Shown here: positions 20,931 to 30,238 of the stretch, in pieces
Position numbering within the stretch: the stretch's first letter is position 1
Layout: the number at the start of each line of letters is the position of its first letter
Virus record (IMG/VR): IMGVR_UViG_3300020048_000092
Reading direction: 5' to 3' (one strand)
DNA from: an uncultured virus (IMG/VR IMGVR_UViG_3300020048_000092)
Lineage: Duplodnaviria > Heunggongvirae > Uroviricota > Caudoviricetes
Length of the DNA: 64,000 nt
The notes under the pieces: generated by a model
The model's input: only the letters and a program-made list of their open reading frames with translations
The model's database searches: none
Told to the model about the DNA's origin: nothing
Translations under genes and position numbers: made by a program

Positions 20931-21254
20931 TTGAAATACATGCATAACAACGATAATTATGACTACAGTGGTAATTTTATCGCATTCTTACAAACCAACA
21001 ACATTATCGGTAGAGTAGCAGAATTAGTAAAAAAGAAAATAGGGATCGCGCTTGATGATAATGAATCTGATGAAAGAGTTATCAAACTATTTATAGAAAA
21101 AATGCACATCCCCCACGGTGTAATAAACAATCTATGTACGTGGGGAGCCCAGCCAGAAGGATCTGTTTATTGGAGTAATTTACATGACAAATGGCACCGT
21201 GTATGTGATAAACAAGTAGTTTTGATCAACAAAGCATACAAAAGTATATGGTGA
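20931..21254 (+). CDS. SIW-tail protein (YKSIW)
   Basis: Ends AYKSIW; start could be ATG 20940. Confidence 0.65.
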   Translation: MKYMHNNDNYDYSGNFIAFLQTNNIIGRVAELVKKKIGIALDDNESDERVIKLFIEKMHIPHGVINNLCTWGAQPEGSVYWSNLHDKWHRVCDKQVVLINKAYKSIW

Positions 21255-21276
21255 TAGTCAATGAAAAGGTGGCTAA

Positions 21277-21675
21277 ATGAAAGTAGCGTTTGATATTCAT
21301 GGAACAATTGACACTGACGTAGGCATGTTCAAAAAGATAATGAATACTTTAACTCTTTTGGGAATAGAAGTCTCAGTAATGTCCGGTCCGCCAGTAGAAA
21401 TTATCATGAAGCAACTCAAAGAATTGAGGCTTGTCTACGGTATTCACTATAAAGATATATACTCTGTGGTTGATTATCTAACGGTTGCATGTGTAGAAAT
21501 GAAACAAGATAACAATGGAAACTGGTGGGCGAAAGATACCGATTGGTGGTCGGCCAAAGGTAAGATGTGTGAAAGATATGGTATATCTACATTGATTGAC
21601 AACGAGATTCGCTATAAAAATGCGGTTAAATTCCCAACAAACTTTATATTATACAATAAGGATCTTTTCAAATGA
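21277..21675 (+). CDS. HAD-superfamily-like protein
   Basis: N-terminal VAFDIHGTI (DxDGT variant), VMSG, K..., LIDN. Confidence 0.55.
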   Translation: MKVAFDIHGTIDTDVGMFKKIMNTLTLLGIEVSVMSGPPVEIIMKQLKELRLVYGIHYKDIYSVVDYLTVACVEMKQDNNGNWWAKDTDWWSAKGKMCERYGISTLIDNEIRYKNAVKFPTNFILYNKDLFK

Positions 21676-22115
21676 AAACTATAAAAGCGGATATTTTGTC
21701 CAATATCGATCCGAACAAACTGACGATAATCCTACATGGATGTAATTGTTTTCATACTATGGGTGCCGGGATCGCAAAGTACTTAGCTAATAAGTTCCCA
21801 GAGGTGCTTCAAGCAGATCAAACAACAGTTAAAGGTGGTACTGGTAAATTAGGATCTTTCTCAATAGCAACCATTAATCCCAATCTATTCGTTGTCAATT
21901 GTTATACACAACACTATTGGGGAGCTTGTGCTAGATTAGAGTACATTGAAAACTGTTTGGCTACATTTATAAGGTATGGCGGCTCTAAATTACCACAAGC
22001 AGATATACGCTTACCAATGATTGGGTGTGGTTTTGGCGGGCTAAAATGGGATGACGTAGAACCGATATGCAGCCATTATTTCTTCAATTTACCGGCAACT
22101 GTTTATTATCTATAG
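21672..22115 (+). CDS. Macrodomain protein (ADP-ribose binding/hydrolase family)
   Basis: HGCNCFHTMGAGIAK, VNCYTQ, PMIGCGFGGLKW. Confidence 0.85.
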   Translation: MKTIKADILSNIDPNKLTIILHGCNCFHTMGAGIAKYLANKFPEVLQADQTTVKGGTGKLGSFSIATINPNLFVVNCYTQHYWGACARLEYIENCLATFIRYGGSKLPQADIRLPMIGCGFGGLKWDDVEPICSHYFFNLPATVYYL

Positions 22116-22367
22116 AGGAAACAAATGGAAAGTAAATATATTGTATTTGATGAAATCAATGACTATCCAGTATCACCTTCAGACGTCATGGTGATATTCC
22201 CTAACTTTGTAAATCACTCTACTATTGCTAAAAAAATAGGAGGAGACATTTTAAGCGCTGGATTTGTAGATATAAGCACTGGTAGATGCTACGGTAAAAG
22301 TACTTCTCTAAAAACTGGTTCAAGAGAAGTCGATTCTAAAATATTCAAAAATCAATTTGGAGACTAA

Positions 22368-22796
22368 ATGATTAAATATCTGTTTATGATACTTACCATA
22401 CTCTGTATCTTTTCCGTTAGCTACTGTGCTGACTTTAAAGAAGTGTCCTTTGTAAGAAATTATGACGGTGATACTATAGTCGTTAATATTAAAGATGTTC
22501 ATCCGTTACTAGGGGAAGAGATCGCCGTAAGAATAGCCGGAATTGATACTCCGGAGATTAAAGCCGGTTGTGAAGAGGAGAAGAAAAAAGCATTAATTGC
22601 AAAAGAGTTTGTTAAGAAAGTATGTGGAGCATCAAAAAGGATTGAGTTAAGAGACGCGGGGAGAGATAAATACTTCAGAATCCTTGCCAGTGTGTATGTA
22701 GATGGCCTAAATTTAGGCGACATCATGATTAGGGAAGGAATGGCAGTTCCGTATGATGGTGGAACTAAACCGAATTGGTGTACTACCAAGTATTAA
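22368..22796 (+). CDS. Thermonuclease (SNase-like) with signal peptide
   Basis: YDGDT, VRIAGIDTPE, DKYFRILA, EGMAVPY. Confidence 0.9.
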   Translation: MIKYLFMILTILCIFSVSYCADFKEVSFVRNYDGDTIVVNIKDVHPLLGEEIAVRIAGIDTPEIKAGCEEEKKKALIAKEFVKKVCGASKRIELRDAGRDKYFRILASVYVDGLNLGDIMIREGMAVPYDGGTKPNWCTTKY

Positions 22797-24385
22797 AGAA
22801 ACCTCTATTTAATAGGAGAATTATTTTGGAAGAATTATCTTATGAAGAATTTGTAAAAGCAACAGAAGAGTTACAATTAAAACGACAAGGGAGGATAACA
22901 AAAGATACTATGGAAAAAGTTAAAGAATTCGTCAGACAAATTAGAACTGAATCTACAATTGACGAAAAAAGACGTATCAAAGCGTTGAAACGAAGAAAAC
23001 AAAAATGTAGGAGAAAATAATGTTTACACTATTATTGGCTTTTGTAAACGCCAAATATCGTTCTGACTATGGTACATTGTTCTTCGCAACGTTTCTCATG
23101 GATATGTATGCTATTACCATGATAGGTAAAATTTTTGGAGCTGTCTAATGGATTTACGTGATCAAATGAAGTTTCATGAGTTGCAAGCGCAATACTGGTT
23201 GGCTTCAGCAACTACAGGTAACTATAAAACTCGGCTTGGTAAAGTCACAGATGGTGCTGGTAGGACTCATACCGAAGAAGAGCTTTTAGCACACGATATG
23301 GCTACAGCACAAAGGCATATCACCTTGTATCGGGAGTGTGCTGAAGATTTACAATCTACACAGGAGTAATAAAATGGAACCCGTAAATAAGGATTGCTGG
23401 TCAAACGTCATTACACTGAAAGAAGTCGAGGATATTTTCGAAGATCAGAAATCAAAACATCGGGTATTAATACATCAGATTAAAACGATTAATGCTCTGG
23501 CCACAGCCATGGCTCTAACTATTTGTCTTATCCCAATCGTTTTAATATTCTTTTATATAAATGATACCGGATTAAACTATTTTTTACCTATACTTTGTTC
23601 ACTTATAGCATGTGTAGCTATATGTGTAATAAAAACGATCTACAAAAGTATGGTTAATAAATTAACCAACACATTTTTGATAAAGGAGTAATGCAATGTT
23701 AGAACTTACCGCAATTAGAACAACAGGTTTTGTTGACGAAGGAGCTACCTATTTTGTAGGTGCTATAGAACAGAAAAGTCAACGATTGTATCTGATGGAT
23801 CGCAACAAAAAGAAAGTCATTGGTACATATAATTCCCAGGATACTTTTGGAATCTCATCAAAAGATGTACTGAAACTCATTGTAAAAGGGACCAATCCAT
23901 GAATTTCTATGAACAGTTCAAACAAATAGAAGAAGAGTTTGGTGAAGAGATGGCGGTACTATGTGTATGTGCTCTATCAGTACAACTGAGTACGAAAGTA
24001 ACAAATGATGATCTTCTGAAACGAGGTCAATTCACTAAAAAGATAACCAAAAAGATCACTGATGTATTATGGGAACACAGTACGCAAGTACCTGAAGTTC
24101 TAAAAGTAATAGATGCTATTTACGATTTTGAGATAAGAAAACAAATGAACGGTTTAGGTGGTTGTGTTCAAAAATCTTTAAAGGAGATAATTCAAGAAAA
24201 ACGAACATGATTGAAAATATTATAGTGGTAGTGATAGTATTATTACTGTTATCAATAGCGGTGGTAATGCTATCACTATCGTTTGCAACGATTTTCTATT
24301 TTACGTATTGTATAAATCCAACTATATCCGTGTTGGTGCTTATTTTAATGGCAGTACTGCTGTATTACAACAGAGGGATTTTCAA

Positions 24386-24721
24386 ATGTTAAAAGATTTT
24401 AAAGATATACCATTAGATATTGTAAATGCAATAGATTGGGAGATGACTCCAGAAGAATCAATTGCTATTCATCTTGAATGGGGACAACTACGTAATCAAA
24501 AGTATTATATGGACAAAGACCATGTTACCATATACTTCTGTGTATATACCTGGAAAATTCCACATACAATTCAATTGATAAAACGAAAGGGTTTTGATGT
24601 GTTTACTCTTGGCACCTTTGATATTCCTGAAGGATACGAAGAAGCTATATATAAATACAAAGGTGTATACGAGTTAAGCGATAGACTAAAAGATTGGATT
24701 AAAAATCAACTAAATTTGTGA
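24386..24721 (+). CDS. DVU0772-like protein
   Basis: IDWEMTPEESIAIHLEWG...YFCVYTW resembles the Desulfovibrio DVU0772 family as recalled; not searched. Confidence 0.6.
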   Translation: MLKDFKDIPLDIVNAIDWEMTPEESIAIHLEWGQLRNQKYYMDKDHVTIYFCVYTWKIPHTIQLIKRKGFDVFTLGTFDIPEGYEEAIYKYKGVYELSDRLKDWIKNQLNL

Positions 24722-24727
24722 GGAATA

Positions 24728-25150
24728 ATGAAATTAAAGATAGCCGTAACAAATCAACACATTATAGGGGAACATTACTTAGACCTTGAAAACGCGGTTG
24801 TTATCTCTATAACTTCTAAGAACGGTAGTCCGGCAAATATTTCTACTACAAATGGTTTGTTTGAAATATTATTTTTGAAATTTGACGATATTTCACGAAC
24901 TGATTTGAATCTTTGTGCTGAGGATTTTACTCTATTTAACAGGGACTTTGCTAAAAAGATCCTTGCTTTTGTAGAAAAACATACAGATAAACTAATTATT
25001 TGTCAGTGTGAAGCTGGTATCAGTAGGAGTGCTGGTGTAGCTGCGGCGTTGTCCAAAATATATAATGGTGATGATTCTTTTTTCTATAAAAACTATCGTC
25101 CTAATTCACTTGTTTACAATGAGATTTTAAAGGAATACCACAATGTTTAA
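24728..25150 (+). CDS. Protein-tyrosine/dual-specificity phosphatase-like protein
   Basis: CEAGISRS (Cx5R), FDDI, PNSLV. Confidence 0.8.
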   Translation: MKLKIAVTNQHIIGEHYLDLENAVVISITSKNGSPANISTTNGLFEILFLKFDDISRTDLNLCAEDFTLFNRDFAKKILAFVEKHTDKLIICQCEAGISRSAGVAAALSKIYNGDDSFFYKNYRPNSLVYNEILKEYHNV

Positions 25151-25360
25151 AAAAGTATATGATGTTACTGGCCCCGAAAAAGTAAGATTTGCAATGGGTG
25201 ATGATCCCGGCCTAATAAAATGGATTGTTGATTCAGAGATTACTACAGGAAATCAAATCTTATTGAGTGAAGCTTTAAAAACAGCTACAGTATTAAATGA
25301 TGAAGTATTCGGTGAAGCTTTAGAGTTTCCCTGTAAAATAATAGAAGCGGAGGACGACGA

Positions 25361-25945
25361 ATGATAGTGATTGGTGACGTACATGGAGAATTTGACGCTT
25401 TAATGCGTCTTTTAGATATATTACCACAGACAAAAGAGCTGTGCTTTGTAGGAGATCTAATAGATCGTGGGCCTAATTCAAAAGAAGTTATTGAATTTGT
25501 AAGAAAAAATAATTATCAAACTGTTATGGGAAACCACGAAGATCTCATTACTGATCTTAACTTGTGGCTCAATCCAAGAAATGGTGGCCAAGAAACATTA
25601 AAGTCTTTTGGTGGAATGGAAGCTTTTCTCAAAACAGATGTTATAGAGTGGATATCTTCTTTACCAATCCTTATTCGATATGGTAATTATATTATTTCCC
25701 ATAGTTTTGCGTATAACGGATTAGACACCTATAATGAGGATTTGTTGTGGGGTAGAAAGTTTAAACTTGGAAGTATAAAAAATACTGATTTTATTAGCGT
25801 ATTTGGTCATACGCCAGTCGAATCAGCACAAAAGAAATGCAATAAGCACTGGTTGATAGATACTGGTGCCACTTTTGGTAATAAATTATCAGCTATCGAT
25901 CTTACTGATGAACAGATTTATTTTGTTGACAACGCTAAACCATAG
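25361..25945 (+). CDS. Ser/Thr protein phosphatase-like metallophosphoesterase (lambda NinI type)
   Basis: GDVHG, GDLIDRG, GNHE, FGHTP, IDTG. Confidence 0.9.
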   Translation: MIVIGDVHGEFDALMRLLDILPQTKELCFVGDLIDRGPNSKEVIEFVRKNNYQTVMGNHEDLITDLNLWLNPRNGGQETLKSFGGMEAFLKTDVIEWISSLPILIRYGNYIISHSFAYNGLDTYNEDLLWGRKFKLGSIKNTDFISVFGHTPVESAQKKCNKHWLIDTGATFGNKLSAIDLTDEQIYFVDNAKP

Positions 25946-26380
25946 CTATTGAGTATCAAAATAGAACGAAGTGAGAAGAGAGAATTAACAACTACATAGG
26001 AAAGTTATATGAAAAAAAGTTTTGGTTATGAAGAAGTTCTTTTGTTCAACAAAGGTACCGGTCACCCTCTCCAATATTCCATAAGATCTATAAGGGACGT
26101 AGAAGATATAAAAGAAGCCACACTGCGCGCTTTAGATATGCTACAATGTGATATTCGCAGAGTAACCATAGAGGAATATGAGAGGTATAATGTGTAGTAT
26201 GTATCCCAGATTTCTATGCTCAATTAATTTTGCAGATGTAACTCATCCAATAGAAATTAGTTCATATACAGGTAATATAGTAGACTGTATACACGAAATA
26301 TTAGATGAGAGTTTGGTAGAACCAGACGAGCTATACACCTTAATAGATGCTAATATAACAATAAAATCTGAAAGCTAATT

Positions 26381-26557
26381 ATGGAATTAAAATCGTATGA
26401 CGTGATACTTGAAAGAAAAGACACAGGTCAAATATTTATATTTGATAAAAAAACTACACAAATATTTTATTGTATTCACAAGGTATTAGATGAACTTCTT
26501 TACAGTTCAGATATAGATGCCGTTTTAACCATTGACATTTCTTCAGATAGGTTGTAA
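26381..26557 (+). CDS. 58-aa small protein (not in ORF track), paralog of neighbour
   Basis: Hand-translated MELKSYDVIL...CIHKVLDELL..., compare CIHEILDE in 26178-26378. Confidence 0.65.
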   Translation: MELKSYDVILERKDTGQIFIFDKKTTQIFYCIHKVLDELLYSSDIDAVLTIDISSDRL

Positions 26558-27759
26558 AAATGACTTCAAAATTTGAAAATATTGATGTAACAAAAGCAAA
26601 AATAGAGTGGGAAAAACCCCTTTATTCCACAAAATTTATCGCATTGAAATCAACAAAAGAACAGACTAATCCTAAAAGTATTCCTAAAGAGCTTGGTATT
26701 AACAAAACAGCACTAACTCCTACCGCATGCTATTCTAGTATGCTTCGACATACTCTGTTTAATAATAAAGAGCAAAATTTAGATAGAGTATTTACAATGT
26801 TTGCAGTGCATAAACCTAACTATCCACTATCATATAAAGAACAAGGAGCTTGGATTAGGCTCGCTAAAAAATTCAAACTCCTACCTCAGTATGTTAATCC
26901 AAAAGAATCACTTATAAAGAGTACTTTTGAAGAAAAATTTGCTGATGTAATAGAAATGCTGTTAAATATTGCCAAGTTGAACATTACTCAACTTTATACG
27001 TATCTGGTTACATTCAGGAATCTAAGAGATGAGCCTAATTTTGTAAAAGCACTTCTGTATCTGTATTCAAAAGTCGGCATGAATTTCTTTGCTGCCTATG
27101 TCTTAGCATTACATTTTAACAATAGTAATACTGGGCATTCGTTGGTACCTGCTTGTACAGGGCCATATTGTAAATCAAAACCCTCACCTTCTGAATTAAA
27201 GGATAACATCAATATAAAATATATGGTAAATTTTCAACGACTTGTGAATAATCCACATAAATATGATGACCGTCTTTTAATGAAACTTGATGGATATAAA
27301 AACTGGAATTTTGAACAGATACTGGAGGGTGTTTCAACCAAGACGGATCTCATTATCCCTATAAAGGATTTATTTAATAAGTACATAATACGCGCTATTA
27401 TGTCTAATGATGACCTATCATTCAAGGAAGCCATTAAACAGTATAAAGAGGAGAAATGACATGGCACTAAGGCTTAGTATAGAAGTAATTAATCTCAATA
27501 TCAAAATAGAGAATAGTAAAAGGATAGTATCTATCGAAGCAGAAGTAAATTATGGTACTGTAGGTCTTATTGTAAAATTTTTTGGAGACACACTATTCTT
27601 ATCCCCGTTGCATGGGAAAAGAACAATTCCTGAAATATCCAAAGATGTACAATTTCAAATCAAAACCGTTTTATATACCTACTTGGCTGCTGTTTCAGGA
27701 AAGACTAATTTAGATCTTTTAATTAATAAGGAAAGATCTTTTTGTGCACTGGAGGAAGA

Positions 27760-28218
27760 ATGAGTATACTTGAGTTAGTAGACAGTAACAATGAAATATT
27801 GTATACAAAGACTCTTCCGGTAGAAGAAATAACATCAGTTACAGAGGAATTTGTAAAAGATCTTATAGAAACCAGTAGAGAAATTGGTGGATATGGGCTT
27901 GCCGCACCACAGGTTGGAATTAGTAAGCAGATGTTTGTTTACAGAAAAACAGCTTATGGTGACTACACAGTTGTAATCAATCCCAAAGTTGTGGTTATGT
28001 CTGGTAAAATGATTTCTAAGGGTGAAGGCTGCTTAAGTTTACCTGGATTCAGAGCTGATCTAAAACGGTTTAAAACTGTAGTTATTACTTATACAGATCT
28101 CAAGGGTAATACTGTAAGACTTAAAAATAGTACAAGAATAGAAGCACTAATTCTTCAACATGAACTGGATCATTTAGCTGGAAAACTTATAAATGGAAAT
28201 AATCAACGATGTGTTTAA
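27760..28218 (+). CDS. def: Peptide deformylase
   Basis: GYGLAAPQVG, EGCLSLPG, QHELDHL; GGAGG RBS before ATG 27760. Confidence 0.95.
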   Translation: MSILELVDSNNEILYTKTLPVEEITSVTEEFVKDLIETSREIGGYGLAAPQVGISKQMFVYRKTAYGDYTVVINPKVVVMSGKMISKGEGCLSLPGFRADLKRFKTVVITYTDLKGNTVRLKNSTRIEALILQHELDHLAGKLINGNNQRCV

Positions 28219-29112
28219 CGCTTACAGAAATGAAAGGTGCTGTCACCTTCAATTGCCCAGGATGCAACAATACTATTTTTGCTGTCAATCTTGGAGTAAT
28301 GTGTGATTATTGTCAAAGTATTTTACCAGATGCAGAAGACTTGTTATTAGACGTTGAGGCAAGGATAGACCACTATCTACAAGAATCCTATTTTTTGGAG
28401 TTTTAACATGCCATTAATTTTGAAGAAGAGTACATTATATGGTATTATTCCTAGGGTTCTTTGTCCAAAATGTGATACAGAGATATTTTTATTTCAAACA
28501 TCTCCTGTGACATGTAAATGTGGACATACATTTCCAACTGTTGCTAGATTCATGCTTAATTCAGAAGTTTGTAGATTTTCATATCATTTAAATGTAGGAG
28601 GTTTTAATGGTAACATTAGAAATAGCAGGGGGTAGTGATAAAGAAACTAATTATTCCTATGATTGGCCTGCTAAAAAAATAATGTGTCCACATTGTGATC
28701 AAAAGATAGAATTTATGTACGCTCTTACTACTATATGCCCCCATTGTCATAAAATATTAGGAGTTGATGCTGACATATTTAAATATGCTTTTTCGCGATT
28801 GTTATTTTTTAGAAAAGTAGACTCTGAATATACTGGTTACGGAGGGGTTTGGTGATGTTACTTCTAAAGGCAGAACAACATACCAAAGTACTAACTTTCA
28901 GTTTTATATGTCCTGGATGTTTAGAAGAAATGTACCTCTTTGGTAAAAATTCTACACAAGTAAACTGTTACTATTGTGATCAAGATATAACAGAGATCAC
29001 AAATGCAGTTAATGATAAAGTAGACGGACGAATGCTATATCACAGAATAGGATTTCCCAAAATGGATCGACTGGCGAGAGAGCGAACTAAGGAACTACGA
29101 GAAAAAATGTGA
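28209..29112 (+). other. Tandem array of four double-CxxC zinc-ribbon genes (28209-28406, 28408-28635, 28607-28855, 28849-29112)
   Basis: Each has CPxC...CxxC (CxC in one) and a C-terminal Arg followed by hydrophobic/aromatic residues. Confidence 0.75.
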
Positions 29113-29598
29113 GGTTTAACAAATAATTCGTGCTGACACCTCACTTAGATTAAGAAGGCCTATTTCCCAACAAAATAGGTCTTCAAATGGAGAATGCGAT
29201 ATGTTAAAAAAATTCGCTATATCAATTCAATCTTCTACCTCATCATTACGTGTTGTAAGAAGTGTTAAAGATATACCAACATGTATAGAGCTGGCTTTTG
29301 AGGCAGTATTTAAACCAGAAGATGTACGTATTATTGAAATCACACCTGACGATGGGAGAGAGAGTGTTCTCGGGAACAGGGAGTGTGGGAAATAGGAGTG
29401 GGAGTATGATAAATACGCAATTTGTATTTTCAAGTATTTTATATAAACCAGATAATTTCTTCAGTGGAAAAGCTGTATCATGTGCAACAGTCCCAGGGTT
29501 AATACATGAAGTTCTAACTGACGCATTAAGAAAAACAAAACCCGGCCAAATTATACAAACAATATATATAAATGATGTAAGTAAAAAGGTGAACGACG

Positions 29599-29823
29599 AT
29601 GGCACTTGAAGTAAGGAGTACTGAAGTTAATAGCTATGGTAATGTTGTAGAAATAATTTGTCCTGAATGTAATTCTTCTAACATAGAAATCATATCTGGT
29701 TCTAAGTGTTGGCACTGTAATCATGTTTTTTTAGGACCATTCAATTTTGTTTTAAAAAGAGTTACAGCACGAATGTTCTTTCACCTTAGAGAAAAGGGAG
29801 GAGTTTTACTTGGAAACGAATAA
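29599..29823 (+). CDS. Zinc-ribbon protein, fifth paralog
   Basis: CPEC...CWHC...ARMFFHL. Confidence 0.7.
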   Translation: MALEVRSTEVNSYGNVVEIICPECNSSNIEIISGSKCWHCNHVFLGPFNFVLKRVTARMFFHLREKGGVLLGNE

Positions 29824-30220
29824 GTTTTTTGTTTATGGAACTCTAAAAGCTAACGGCAGATTTGGAAAATCATTTGAGTCTGTAAGGGTATCAGTTGAAC
29901 CGGCCAAGATTTTTGGGTTCGATATGTATAATGTTGGAGATAGAATGACCTTTCCTGCAGCAGTTCCTGGTAAAGGTATTATTATTGGAGAAGTACATAC
30001 CTTCCCAGAGGAACACATGGTAGAGATCTTAAACCGATTCGATAGGATAGAGGGTTTTGATCCAAACAATCACAGAGATAGTCTGTATATCAGAAAAGTA
30101 ACCCAAGTAATTTTAACAGATAGCAACACAACAGAGGATGTATATTTTTATCAATTTAATATTCCAATTAGACCATCTTTTACGAAAGTAGAATCTGGAA
30201 TTTGGAATGTAAACAAATAG
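29810..30220 (+). CDS. Gamma-glutamylcyclotransferase (AIG2-like)
   Basis: FVYGTLK, FPA, GEV, DRIEG, YIR. Confidence 0.9.
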   Translation: METNKFFVYGTLKANGRFGKSFESVRVSVEPAKIFGFDMYNVGDRMTFPAAVPGKGIIIGEVHTFPEEHMVEILNRFDRIEGFDPNNHRDSLYIRKVTQVILTDSNTTEDVYFYQFNIPIRPSFTKVESGIWNVNK

Positions 30221-30238
30221 TTCTAAGGAGAATTAACA

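Noticed and set aside
6881..21254. Integron-like cassette array with the SIW nucleotide motif as recombination site
   Set aside because: No palindromic attC-like structure and no integrase in the window; variation is mainly at synonymous positions. A nucleotide role is disfavoured but not fully excluded.
23641..23655. TACAAAAGTATGGTT (YKSMV) resembling the SIW motif
   Set aside because: Internal to an ORF, lacks Ile-Trp-stop, plausible by chance in AT-rich DNA.
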